From positions 1,364,001 to 1,428,000 of the forward strand of contig JAYWIR010000024.1 in NCBI GenBank assembly GCA_036172245.1: a stretch of DNA of 64,000 nucleotides. The letters are read 5' to 3'. Positions 1-14,000 of the stretch are shown one piece after another; positions within the stretch are counted from its first letter, which is position 1, and each line of letters starts with the position of its first letter. The translations under genes were made by a program, and so were the position numbers. The DNA comes from Raillietiella orientalis. Its lineage: Eukaryota. Under the pieces are notes generated by a model, which searched no databases, was not told the origin of the DNA, and was given only the letters and a program-made list of their open reading frames with translations.

Positions 1-3000
1 TTGCACATTGATGGAATCCTGGTACGTCCTAAGAAGGAAGAAAAAATAATTATTATTATAGAAGAGGAAGTCGTCCTTTGGTTGGTCTTTCTTTTCTCCT
101 TTTGCTATCCGATGCATGGCTGCCAAGGAAATTTCCGTTCTCTTCGGAAACGCAGATCAGAAGGTACAAAAAAAAAGAAAGAGCCCTCCGAAATTAGCAC
201 GATAAGGACCTTTACCAGTTTGATAAATGAGACAATCTGCACTTTGGAAATTTCCAGTCTTTCCCTGGACAAAAGAAAAGATGGTTCCTATATTGTAACT
301 GTTGCTTCTTCGCGAAGAGAGGCGGACTGATGTATTTCTTATCAGAACTTGAGAACACATCCAGTCTTCAACGAGGCAGTATTTGTGACTGATCAACATG
401 ATTCATACCACTAATATAACCAGCATTCCTTTTCATCTGTGACAGCTGTTTCTTCTTCTTCTTCGTCGCCAGTTCCAAAGCTTCACATGTGAGAACCTTT
501 ACCATGTGAATTACGCTGATGAATTTTGCGAATTAAATGACGATTGAAATCGTCATTTATTTCGCAAAATGGAATGTGTTTCAGTGTGTTTCTTTGCTTT
601 TTTTTCCTTCTCTCTTACGGCACCTAGACGTGCGGTGTGTGGAAACAGACGCGAATCTGTCGATGCAAAATGTCACTGAGCAGTTTCATAGTTGCGTGAT
701 ATCCTTCATCTAATGGTGAATACGCTATCCATAGCTTGCTCTGTTTTGAGGCATTAAAAAAAAAAGAAAAAGAAAAAAAAATACTACATTTGCAAAAAAA
801 AAAAAAGAAGTTCCCGCGAGTGAAGAGGAAAAAAAAAAATAGCATTTACTAAAATCCGCATTTCGTCGACTAATCATAAATCCTCCTGGAGAAAAAAAAA
901 AAGGAAAGAGAGAAGAAAAAAGTCATTTCGTTCACGTATGAGAGATTACGTAAAACGTGTCCTAAGGAATCAGTGGCAGTGTTTTTTTTTTTCTTTTCTT
1001 TTCCTTTTTCCACGTGATCTGATTATGCAGGCGACCGAAACGTTTGCTTTCATGAAAAGCGGACTTTTTCTACAAGTTTTCCGGTTGGCGAAAAACAAAA
1101 CCGAGGCAATTAATCCATAACGAGGTTCGAAACCCCTCTATGATTAATGGTGGACCACGGACGAACAGAAGAAGTGTTATGGCTGCTGCTGCACGGTCTT
1201 CGTTGTTCCGAGCGAGGTGCGCATACCGAAGGCGAAGAGCAGTCGCGAGTGGCTCGGACGGGGGGGGGAGGGGGAAGAGTGTTGTCCGGCCCGACACTAG
1301 ATGGCTGCGAAATCCTTTCATCAAAATGATCGCCGGCGAACACTTACATTGTAACATTGATTCCATTTAAGTGGTTTGGACCTGAGCGATGGCTCCGACA
1401 CCATTACAGCTGCACGCGTATCAGAAAGCCCAGCGTCGAAAGAGAAGCGCGGCGGGAATAAAAAGGCCGGGTTTCACGTTTCATTGAGGACACGGACCAC
1501 AGCGACCACCGAAACAAGCAATCGAATCCCCTTCCAAAATTCAATAGCAGGCTGCACGATTCCAGATTTCTCGATTTCACGAGGGAGTCCCTGACAAAAA
1601 GACTAATTGGCGTAATTCAGAATACACTTCGATTTAGACATGACAAGGGTATGGCCAGAGGGACCATTGCCACAGGCACAAAACTCAAAGGGAGAGATTT
1701 TTTTTTTTTTTTTTTATTAGCATGAAAAGGAGGGGAAAAAAGTTTTTAAATTTTTTCTTGCTATTTTTGGAAAGAATAAAAAAAATGAACGAAACACACA
1801 CATACGCGCAAATCTCCGCACCGGCAATAACCAGAATTAGACGGTTAATTTCGCCGCAACTTCGTTCTGTAGTTATGAAGCCAAACAGAAATGATTATCC
1901 CCGTTGAGGACCAACGACAGAGGAGGTGCTCCAGCAGCGAATGGGGGCTCTCTCGTCTCCGAAGTGGTTCTTATAATCCTTTCATGATGATGATGAGATT
2001 CTCTCTCTGTGTGTGTACGTTTTCGTTGTCAGTGACCGACAAAAAAAAAGGAAAACAAAAGTCGTTTTCGTGAAGTACTTTGTATCTAATGCACGAAACA
2101 CGAAGCCATAGAACTTTTCGAAAACTTATTGAATGGAAAAATCAATCGAAGGATGTTTTTTTCTGTTCGGATGCAGGGTGGAGGGCGAAATGATTCTCGA
2201 CAGGGCGCGTCCATAACCGGAGATTTATTTATCCTCTAGCTTGTGCGAAATGTATATTTCATAACCTTACATAATGTTTCAATCGAATGTGTTCCAGATG
2301 TGTGGAATCATCTGATTGTACGAAACTATATGCACTTATGATGAATGAATGATGGATGACTCGTGTTACCACGGATTACTATGAATGAAATATGGGTATG
2401 CAGCGCCTTTGTGAAATAAATTACCCTATGAAATGCGTTTATTTACTCGGCGAAAACTTTTAGACTCTTGTTAATGCCGCTGAATTATTATTGGTAAGGA
2501 ATTTTTAGGTCCGAGTTGAAATAAAAAAAAAAAAGTAAATCGATCAATCAAATGCTGCATGAAAGGAATAGGCGAATCCTGCGTACTTTTCGCGGCCTCA
2601 GAGTCGCTCGGCATTCCTACTTTCCTGCATGCTTCCAAGCAAAATGGCTGCTCAACTGAAGCAAACTATGAACAGGAAGATTCCCTAATTATTTTGACAT
2701 CTGAAGATAATCCATCTCCCCGAATCTCCCTAGGCTGTTCGGCAAAGTTAAGGATTCTTCTGTCTTCGAAATTTCGGATTCCTTTCTTTTAGAAGTTACT
2801 TTCCGGTCGAGTTTGAGTTTTATTAGAGCTTTGGTGCTTCCCAACCTTCTCTTCACCCTGGTTACGGATAGCTCCTCATCACAAGTTTACCTCTTGCCAA
2901 TTCTTTCTCCTCAAAAATTTACTGGGACAACCGCTTTTTTTTTTTTTTTTAGACAAGACTGTTATTTGGTGAATTTGTAATGTTAACGCAGGAGGGTGAT

Positions 3001-3819
3001 TCAAAGCCGGGACTTTCCTCCTTTCGAAAGAGTTGATCCCATTTAACTCTCTTGCATAACATCGGTTCCAAGACAGATCTCATGTCTCGCATCTTTTTGA
3101 TTCACTTCGTAAGTGTAAATCCGTGAGTTTGTTCAGAGTTCTACTCTGTAACGGGTCAGGTGTAAAGGAGAAGCTGATTTTGTGGATCGGCGTCACAGCA
3201 ACTATCTCTCAATCTTTTGGAGCCGTGTAGAAGATCGCTTCTGTGCTTCGCTCTGCATCTTTCCTGCATCCTCCCTCTTTCTCTGCCTCTCTCTGCGTCC
3301 CTGTCTCATGTCTGCCTCTTACAGAGCAGACTTTATGGAAAGAGAAGCCTTAATTCAAGGTAAACGTTACAAGATCCTGGATTGGGATACAGAAATCCTA
3401 TGATCAGATGGAGAAAATGCTAATCAGATGATTAAGTGTTCATCCAAGGCTTTTTTTAAATTCCTCATCTCCTCGTATATTTTGCCAATGAATCATCACG
3501 AGTTGATGAATTAGACGGCAAAAAAAAAAAAAAAAACTCACTATCCGAAGATCGAGTTATCAAAATTCCTTCCAAGGGTCTCCCTTTTTTGTAGCTGAAT
3601 CCTCGATTATCTCCCACATCCCAGTTTCATCGTTTCATGCCCACTATGCTTTCAGGATGCTCAGCATAATTTGCTGTTAAGTTCGCCGAGAATTTTCAGA
3701 AATCTGATCCAGAAACGATCATCTAGGATTTGCCTCAGCGATTGATTCACCTTGCACCACCTTTTGCTTCACGAGTGTTTTCCCCGAATGTGTTTTTCAA
3801 ACGAGGAAGCATGTTTCCG

Positions 3820-4050
3820 GAATGTGTGAGAAATGCACACTCATCATGTCGAGTAGTTCAATATTCAGTGAATCGTCGTGTTGGCCGCAGAAGACGACAT
3901 TTCCCAAGTAACCACTAGAAAAAAGACCTTCTGCGTTTGGTTCTGGGGTCGGAACAGCGATGAAGTGAGCAAGGATGAGTTTTTGTGGTTTTGCTGTTGC
4001 TTCCCAGTTCTTCCTCTTTTCCTGATTTAAGCTATCACACAGTCCTGCAC
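3820..4050 (-). mobile_element. Decayed hAT-family transposase C-terminal dimerisation-domain remnant
   Basis: ORF 3797..4195(-) contains NWEATAKPQKLILAHFIAVPTPEPNAEGLFSSG...DSLNIELLDMM. This resembles the hAT dimerisation consensus W...P.L..LA...L.IPATS...ER.FS.AG...R..L....L. No catalytic core or TIRs seen. Confidence 0.4.
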
Positions 4051-7000
4051 CTGCTTCGCTGATGGGGAAGCGTGTCACTGGTATCCCATGTTCTGTTTCA
4101 ACGTCAGCTACCAGCTTTGTACGAAGCAAACAAAATTTTTGCGAAATGCAAAGTGAGTTTCTTTCAGTTGACGTTCTTTTGTTTCGCCTCCACACGTGAG
4201 CTATGGTTTAGTATAGTTGGTCCGGATAGTCCTCCTATTGAACTTCTTCAGGTTTCCCCCGTTCTCTGACCACTCGCCTCCGAGATACCCTGGTGAGCAA
4301 ATTCTTTTTTGAGTCTGCTGACTCCAGATGCATCAGTTGATAGCCATGTCCTGACCTGCTGCCGAATTAAAACGTGAAACACATGAGGCGACGAGGGAAA
4401 CGGTCGTGCTGCCCAACCGGACACCTTCAAAGGTGCTTTGGTTTAGAGAGAAGAAAGGATGCGCCCTGTTTTGGGATACGACTGGGAAGAAAAACCAGTG
4501 CTCGAACACACATCAATCAGAGTACCAGATTGAAGATGAAATGCAATTCATTAATTGCAATTTCCTTTCTCTTTCCTTTTTGTTTGTTTTATTTCTCATG
4601 GAACACCTTGGCGACACCATGCAGGAGAAACATTCACTCAGCGACTTGTCTGTTTCGGATACGTGCCGATCACCCGATTTGTTTCATGACTGCTGGTAAT
4701 TGCCCATTCATTCGAAAGATTCAAGGCTGGAAAAGAGCTACCTGCCAAAGGCAGCATCCGACAGGCTTGGAACAGATCTGGTGCGGAGAAACGGGCTCAA
4801 CGTACAAGTCAACATCCATAAAGAGACGTGTAATTCCTTCTACCTTTTTCTTGTTCGCCTTCCCCCCTCCTACGGATGCTTGGGATCATTCGAAAGTTCT
4901 CATCGCTCTCTGATCAAATTTTCTGTCCGTGGTGCGAAGTCTTCAGAGAGCACACAATAAATCTTTCGTTTCTTATGGATGACTCCCTCAAGCACCAGCT
5001 TTTTCATCAGATTTCCATCCTCCTCAGAAACGCAAAGATCTTCTGAAACTTCTCCATTATGAGGATCCCGGATTTCAAGTGGTTCTATTATCATAGCACC
5101 ATTACATAGGATCCCCAACCGATAAGTCTATAAATTAAACGAGTCTACATTAACGAGGGACTTTTCTTTTTTGCTGCTGAGCTCCGACTAGCCACGGACG
5201 ATGAGACGCGACTTTCGAAGGGCAGTGCTGAGGAATGCACACGTGAAAAGGCACGAAATCATATCCAAGACAGGAATTCCACTTTCCGACAGGATTGACT
5301 CAGGAATGCTGGGGAGAGACGCTCCTGTGTTTAGAAACGGCCACGATCCTGGTACGGCGACGACACCTCGTGCAACGCAAAAATAAACTTCTGGACACCA
5401 TTTTTTCTTTTTCTTTCTTTCTTTCCCATCGTGTCCAAGGCGAGGTGGCTTGCTCTGTTTCGAGCTACACCACTGCCACTTTATAAAGAGTCCACCTGAT
5501 CAGTAACTATACATAGTCAGGTAAATTATACATGGCCCTAAGAGGATGGATGGCATTCTTTCATTTCGTCTTTGGCTGCAACGGTTCCTGACGCTCACTG
5601 TAGAATGTGCTTCAGATTGGCTCGCTGTCGTTGAGAAAACAAGAATCTCATCCCGATTTTCTCAAAGCGGGTGAGACGCTTGAATCCGGAAAAGCCATTC
5701 ATTTCATGCACAAATTCCAACTCCCGTTCTCTCTCTTGTTTGCTTCTTCCTTATTTTTGAAAATACATTCTTTCGAAAAAAGAACATGATCTGTAGAGCT
5801 TCCGGTAATTTCCCTGCCCATGTACCTGCTTCCAAACTCGAGATTTTCCTCGAATCGCTGTTGCCTCCTTTTTTGCAGCTACAACGAACAGAAGGAGACC
5901 GTTGCTTCCAAATCACTTTCAACCCAGGTATAATTTCCACATGCGAATTTGCTGAATTCATTTGCAATTGTACCAAATGAAGCTGCTGAGTGCCAAATGA
6001 AATGAGCAAATGAAATGTACGGAGCCCACCAGACAAAGCAAATCCTTCGGGCCATCGATGTAGGCTGCTTTCAATCAAGTTACTCCGGAGATCTCTATGC
6101 GCCTTTCTGACTCGCACATTCCAGTCTGGAATCGTAGCTTCTCACATCTGGTAGAAGGTACTTCTTTCTGCAGCATGAGACTCCAAGAAAAAGATCAGCG
6201 TTACCATGAAGGAAACTCATTTCGACAATGCAAGGAAGGGCATTAATGGAAGAGAAACTTGATTCCAGCACTCTCGAATCCCTTGGCTTTGATTCCTTGA
6301 GATGCATCGACTTGTTACCAAAACGTTTTTATGCGAAAAAGGGTGAAGGCAAACCCTTGGTTCCGCTCGGAAGTGCCAGTTTCAGAATAGAATGCCTGAT
6401 TCTTTGGAGTGAAGAACTCAGCTCGCAAGGAATGCGTTTCCCAGCTTCCAAGCAGCTTCCGTAGCTTCGAATGTGAAGGACATTCGTGGTACTCCAGCGA
6501 GGGCAAACTTGGGGGAAACGAGTTCGTCCAAGGGGGGGAAAGTACATTTTCTTCTGCCAGAGGATATGAACGAACAAAAAAGAGAACACAATAGCAGTGT
6601 GGTTCTAGCAAATCGTACGAATAACAATTCATTTCCGGTTAAGGAAAGAAAAAAAGTGTCCTCTTTTCTAGACTAAAATGCTTTTTGTTTGCTTCAGCAA
6701 GAAAGCCATTTTAAGGCATTCGGAGTAATTAACAGTGTAGAAGAATCGACTTGAAGAGGACGTGTGGTATGAACAGGTGTAAGAGCTGACTCAGTACGGA
6801 GCTGAGAACCCAGCCCTTGGAATAATAATAATGATAATGATAATAAAGCGGAGAAACTAAAGCCGAACAAACAAACACGTGAGCCGTGCAGCGGAAGTGA
6901 TTGATTCCGCACTCACTATACGACCTGTTCTCGAGTTCGAGTACATAAGAGCAGCGTGTGCGAAGAGTCCCACTCGTGTGAACCGCAGAAACATTTGTTG

Positions 7001-10000
7001 TTCTGCAGTTCCTCCCCCTCCCCCCCCATTCAAGAGTAAACAGAACGGTTACAAGCAGTGGATCAGGATTTTCGTAAGAGATGCATCTGAACTGTGCATT
7101 GGGGTTGCTGGGATGCTGTACATCAAAGATAGCTGTTAAGGCTTTCAAGAATCAGAACACACAGATCAGATGCACGGGAACGTACAAGATCACCTGACTT
7201 GAACAGAAGCAGATGATAAGTAAGGAACCAGATAGGGAAGAAACAGACCAAAGAAAAGGACTTTGCGGTAGAACCAAGCGCGTCAGAAATAGTCCGAACA
7301 TCCCACACAGGCACAGAAAAAGTTTTCGAGGGAAGGAGAATGGGTCACCAAGACAGTTTTGTGGGAATAAATAGGAATGCGATGCCACAGGTTAAACCAA
7401 GCTTCATCCCGGGATTCATAAGAACGGGGACATTGCTATGAAACCAAAATGAGTGGTGAAGTGATGAGGGAGGATGAGACGTAGTTATCCAAAAACAATG
7501 GATTTCATTAATGGGATGAGGGGGAAAAAAGGACAACAGAGTGGCAAGTATTCCGAGTTTTTGGTAGGATGAATAGCAAAACGGGTTGCAAGGATTTCGA
7601 GGTGGAGATTTCGAGCACCTCAAACAAGGTGTTTCAAAGCGCCGCTTCACAGCGCGAGTTTTTCATGGAGGCTGCCGCTGTTCCATTCCACTTAGCCATG
7701 GAGCTGCTCATCGCTGCAAGTGTCCGCTATTCGGATTAGGGAAAACTCGTGCTTCAGAAACCCGGAGTGGGCAGCGCTGTCCTCCAGAGGAAAACTTTTA
7801 ACTTCTGACTCCCACATGCAAGTCAGATTCCGTAAGGGCGGGCGGTAGGATCGGGCGAAACCAAGGCAACACCATTTTTCTGCGGTAATTTTTTTCTCTC
7901 CATTAAGAGGTCACTATGCGTTCATTGAAATAACAAGAAGCCAACAGCCAACGGCCCACAGAGGGTCTGACAAGGGACTTTCTTCCCTTTTTTCCCCCCC
8001 CCTCCCTTCTCAGCTTTTTGCGAAAAGTATATCGAGGCATTCACATACTTCGAGATGCGCAATTCACTCGAACGAAAACACCCACTTACGATTTCCTCAT
8101 CATTTCTGCACCTGAACATCACGTTCTCTGTACTCGCCGATACTTGACTGTTCCGTTCCGCGCAGGATGTTCTTTGCGTAAAACCTATTATTTTAGCAAT
8201 GGATTGCACCGATCTGATGAACCCTAGGCATCTCTCTAGCGACTCCCCCCGTCCGATGACCGAACGCATCCTTACAACTTTCGATTTTTAGCCAAGTCGA
8301 TCGCCTGGCTGCCGAACGCAACTCTGCAATCGGCTGCGAGTGACCGACAACCGCCGGCAGGAAGGCTGGGGTCTTCGCGCAGGCATTCCTCACCGGGGAG
8401 ACGCGTTTCCTCCTCGGATACCCACGCTCCCTCGGCTCCTGACGTGGCGGGATCGCCGCTCTGGACCCGGCTCTGTGCTTCCACACTTTAGGTGCAATTC
8501 GCCTGCAGTAAATAGATCTACTCCCCCAAAGCTGGACTTCTCCTGCGTGGAATGTGACCGTAAACGGCGCATCGGATGTCCTGTTAGTTTTTGTTACGCC
8601 TCTTCACTTCTCTGGAACTCTGCTTGTTGGTTTTCCTTTATCCCTGAGATATATATTACGCTACGAGCTTTCTCTACCCGAAGATTTATCAGAAATCAGA
8701 AAGTGGCCACTGCCCTGTGAATAAAAAGGAAGGAATCATCTTGCAACTTTTTATCGTCCCTCCCGTTCCTTCTAACTCATGTAAACCCTTGGGATCAATC
8801 TTCCTGCCTATTGTGGAAGGAATTTTCTTAGAGCCGGGTATTTGTCTATTTCGGTCATCACTTCAGAGCGTTTCAGACGCTTCACTTCTGCCGAGACCTG
8901 CTTTCGTCAGCGGCAACAAAAAAAAATCGTTAACGAACATCAGCACCCCACGTCCCGAAATCGGTATTTTTTTTTTTTTTCCTATCCTCTCGTGTTTCTG
9001 AGGATGCCCTCAAGTCGCACATTCAATTGCCGAAAACCCGTCACCCCTTCCCCCCTTCCCCCTTCCCCACCCAAATCCTTTGGTTGACTTTTCCCACTAG
9101 GACAAGTTTTGCTTCCCACTGCAAGATGTCAAGCTGCATGGAGTCAAGATTCTGCAGGCGGTTTCTACCTGTGCTGATACATCTTTGCGGGCACTGTTAG
9201 TGAAGAATGATCTTCCTGGCGCGTTTTCAAGTTAAACCTCGCAGCAAAAAAGATCTGCAGCATCCTCCAACAATGGATTGTCTTTGCAATAAGGTCCTAT
9301 CATCTACATTTCTACGCACTGCTCGTGCACACACATACGCAGAAAAATTCCGAAACTGTGTAATTCTTATTCTATATGCATGTACGTGTAGCATTTACAT
9401 TGTGTGTGCTGATGCACGGGTGCGCACGCGCAATTTAACAAGCACAGCGAAAAGATCCGTACGCAGACAGAGCCATGCGAAATTCCTTTTAGACCAGCAC
9501 ACACAAAAAAAAAATTTCTAAAATCATTTTCTAAAGTCATGGATGTGAATGAACCTTAGATAAAAATTCGTTTTCTTAGAGAGAGCACTTGTCTTTTTTT
9601 TTTTTTTCCTTTTCTTTTTTTACTGACTTCCAGAAAGAGGATGGCATGAATAATAGGGCACAATTATGAAGAGAACAAAGTAGCAAAGGGGAAAGCCATT
9701 TGCTCTTCAAAGTACACCCCATGTTTACCGAGCACCCAGGTACGTAACAATGCGGCTCAAGAATCTGTTTCAGTGCATAATGAGCCGCTCATTATTCATG
9801 CTGCGACGACATTTCACTTGGCTGACATTTCACTTGAATGAGTTGAACTTTCTGAACCCTTCTTTTCCTCTTCTTCCCCACTGCAGGTAAATTGGACCGC
9901 ATCCCAGGCAACAATTGGAATTTTTAAGAGCAGCGCACCCAAAGCTGCTGCTGCCGCTGCTGCAGCAGCAGCAGACGCGGAGCAGATCTTCCCGAACTTG

Positions 10001-11079
10001 CAAAGCCACACACACAGACACACCACACACACTTCCCGGTACGAAACACCAGAGAGAACGAGGTGTTCTGGCGTGGGCGCCGCGCGAAAGGTGTTGACAT
10101 TTTTCTTTGGCTCCCTTTTTTTAAAGCGGAAATAATGACAATCATAATAAAAAACTGGAAAAGCTTACCATGGTTAGAAGAGCAATCATAGTCGCTCCCG
10201 CTTTTAAATTGAAGCATTTGCAACAACTCTGAAGGATGGTCATTTTTGTTTTCTGAACCGTGCAATGCAAAAGTTAACCTGAATCACATAACGCTCGTCA
10301 CCAAGTTACCGCCTTTGCTGTTAACTTACGGGTGTAGCATCTATCTACATGCCGACGGTGCTGTACTCCTGCAAAAAGCAACCTAAGATTCGTTTTTCTT
10401 ATTGGCAACAAAGTACAATACTCGTCGATGTATTTTTACACCGCACGAAATTCATAGTACATACTTTGGAGCATTTCTCTTTCCCTCTCGCTTGGCGTTC
10501 ACTCAGTTCGGGAAGCCTTAAGTCTTTTCCCGTGAACGTCCTTGTGAACAACACACGCGTTCGCTTTTTTCGCAAATGCAACATGCAATTCTTGCAGCCG
10601 GGGGTCGGAACCCGTCTTTTTCGGTAGGCCGAGGGGTGACACGCTCCCCCGACGTTGTCCTGGAAGCGGTGTGCCGATCCCGGGGCCGCTTCGTGTCCTG
10701 CTTTTTTCATGTCAGCCGATCGGAAGTGGAATCGTCTCATCAGGAAGCTGGCAGAATCTCCGTGCCTCGGAGGAGGAGGAGTCCTCCTCCGCTCCTCAAG
10801 CAGTCACGCCGCCCGCGCGTACATGTAAATTTTTCCAGCCGAAGTGCGCACTTTCCAAGGCGTGCAACGCAACACGTGAAAACGTTTTCCCTTTGTTAGC
10901 CAACTAGGAGCAGAGAGGGATAGCTGCTAGTTATAGGAAAGGGAAAATACATGGGAAATACAATATTGGAAGTTTAAGGTCGTTTGTAGCCTTAGGAAAT
11001 TTTCCTTATTCCCATTCTCGACGTTTTTATGTTTCCTTTGTTTTTAAAAGAAAGTCAGCAGTCAATAACAGGTAATGGG

Positions 11080-14000
11080 AGGCAGCTCCGTCCGTCCGTG
11101 CCCGCGCGCGCTCTCGTCGCTGCTGGGCCGATCCCAAATTTAAATTTAAACTTTCTGCTTCCTCGCTGGAAATTTTTGCCTCTCTCTCTCTCTCTCTCTC
11201 CCTCCCTCCCTCCCTCCCTCCCTGCTGGCTTGTCTTTTCGGGGAGAGGAGGGGGGAGACGCGAGAGGAGAACAGGCTCGTGGTCAGTTAGTTGCCACGGT
11301 TCCCGGTCCGCGCGCGGGCGCGCGCGGCAGGGAAAGACCCAGCCGCAACACACGTAATTCCTTGAAACAAAAAGCACATTTGTCATTCCGCTGCTTTCCA
11401 TTGTCTCCAGAAGGCTCGCTCGAAACCTACCCGGCAACCTGCTTCGCTTTCCTAATCCCTAGATTTAGCCAAATTTCCAAAAACCTGTCGCCCGCTCGTG
11501 GCATTGACCGGGTCATTGACTACTTTGAAAAGTAGCGCATATATTGGGAGAAAGAAGCATTCGCCAGCGAATTCCGGATAATTGTTTCCTAGCCTGGAGA
11601 GCGACGTGTGTGCGAGCTGAAGGGAACAGCACATCGCCTCGGGCTGGAAAGCACCTTGGCGAACTCAGGAAGAGAATGCGACCTGTCCCACTTGCCTCTC
11701 CTTCCTTTCACCTCGGAGCTCGGACCGCATGGGAACGACAAGCACCAAGGGGCAAAGAGAACCACAGAATCCAGTGTCCAGTAGCGCCATCTTCGTTTCC
11801 TCCCTCCCTCCCCTTTCTCCCTCTCCCTCCTTCGCTTTTCCGAGATGCGGATTCCCCCACCCCACCCCCAAAAAAGGGGGAGGGATGGGGTGCGAAGGGT
11901 TTGCCTTTGGCAAAGGCTGCTCCCCCACGAACTAGGTCACTCGTGGATCTCCTTTTGCAGCCCGGATACGTGTCCGGCAGTGGACAACCTATCTCCTAAG
12001 GCTCGCTCGCTCTTCCTACCCCGGTTACCAAGGCACCTGAAAGATCTCAGGACGCGAGTCCTGCCGCTCAACTTTTATCGTTTCCGATAGCCTCTGCGGG
12101 GCCGATTCTATCGAGCTGACAGCGGCGACGACCGGGCAGGTGGGATGAGTGAGTGAGAGAGGCGAGAGAGAAGGGAGGGAGAGAGAGATAATGGGGGGAA
12201 GGGGAGGCGCACGCGCCCATCGTTGCCCTCGCCTGGTTCCCGAAACAAACCTTTCGGCGTCGTGCGGCAGGGTAGAAGATTCCCGCCGGAGCCTCGCTCC
12301 GTGAATCTCCCCGCGTCTCCCGGGGCGATCGAGCGGGGAGGGCGGCGACTTGACGGAGAGGCTCGCTTTCCGCGCGCCTCGCCGCCCGGCGGGTCGTGCC
12401 GCGCGCGGAACGGGAGATGCCCCGAGGCGGTGGCGGCGGCATCCATCCACCTGCGACGACGACAGCGGCGCTCGCTCGCTCTCCTCTCGACGCTCCGGCC
12501 CCGTCCGCTCGCCCGGAGGATGTCTCCGCGGAGGAGCAGCCGGAGGATGCCCCCGCACCGTTGCGAAAGACGCGCCAGGAACGCGCGTGCGAGCAGCAGC
12601 GGACGGTTAACGCGGCACGATTCTACCGCCCTGCGCACGTGTGAGCCTGCAACCCTCCTCCCGCGGTTCTCCGGAGGCTCCGGGCGGATCTCCGCCAGGG
12701 GGAAAGATCCCGAGCGTTCCTCCTCCGAAACACTCCAGGGGCATTCCGCGGCGTCCGCGTGGAACCCGCACGCGTGGGGTTTCCATTCCCAGAGATCCGC
12801 GCTGTCCCTCCGGAACGGTCACGCTGAGAATCGACGTCGACTAGCGTGGCGGGGGGAAGATGAGGGCTGCTGCCGCTACCGCTGCTGTTGTTGTCGTTGA
12901 TTTTTTTTTTTTTTTCGTGCGTGTGTGCTTTTTCTTTCCTTCTCTTTCGTGCTCTCTGTTTTTTTTCTTTCCTTCTTTCCTTTGAGTTTTCGTGCGTCAG
13001 TGCTGCTGCTCCGTTCTTCCTTTCCTTATGCTTCCCTCCCTGCTTTTCTCTCTCTCTCTCTCTCTCTCGTCTTCCTCGCTTTCCCTGGAGACTGCCTTTT
13101 CGGCCTTTCGGTTCCGGTCGGTGGCAGCACTGAGCCTCCCCGGTACGGCGTTCTCGCACGAAAATCCAGCCTGCTCTTGAGAGGAAGAGACGTCGGTGCC
13201 CGATCGACTCCCCCACTCTTTTGTCGCCATTGTCGTCCTCTGATTTCCTTCGCTCCCTTTCTTCCTCTATTTCAGAGAAAAGAAAAAGAAAAAAAGGCAA
13301 CTCAGAGGAAAGGGACAGGGGGACCCTTCAAGACAAGCACCACTGCTGCCTCTATCAATAGCAGCCGCACGCAACATCACTTCAGGACCAAGTACTCGTG
13401 CCGAGAGCTCTCAGGAGAGCTGAGGCTGCGGATGGTGGTGGTGGTGGTGGTCGTGCTGCTGCTCGTGCTCGCGGCAGCGGAACAAGTTGACCGTGATGTT
13501 TGTGGTCCGCGGGCTCCATGTCACCGTCGCGCGGGCTCGCAATTATCCAGGGAAAGTGCGCATGACTACAAAGCAGGCGCTCTCCTGCGCGCCCGATAAG
13601 CCTTTTAAGGTAACTCCGGAGGAAGGAGGGAGAGAGCGAGATTTACCTGCGAGGTTGCATTCCTGCGTTGGCAGATAGCGGTCAGACGGGAAGGCTATTT
13701 TTACATGCGCTCCGTATTGCGACTTCCCAGCGCGTCATCCCTGAGAAAGCGCCCGAGGGAGGACGGCCGGCATGGGAGCGCACGGAGATGCGAAGGCGAA
13801 AGATACGCGCGTTCCGACAAAAAAGGAAAAAAAAACGATAAAGAAAGAAAGAGAGAGAGGATGATGGGGAGGTGGGAGGAATAAGGAGGAGGAGGAGGAG
13901 GAGGGGAAAAAACAAGAAGAAGAAGAGGAAGAAGAGGAAGATTCGATTGCAAAAGAAGGAGATCCGGAAAGATAATGCGCTTGCTGGAACGCTCGCAGGA

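Noticed and set aside
515..560. CTGATGA...GAAA hammerhead-like core
   Set aside because: The required stems cannot be formed; other CTGATGA sites checked also fail
7150..7800. Faint RNase H (AHSG..E..AD) and HSYL..C.CG similarity to I-clade LINEs on the - strand
   Set aside because: Too degenerate to support without a profile search
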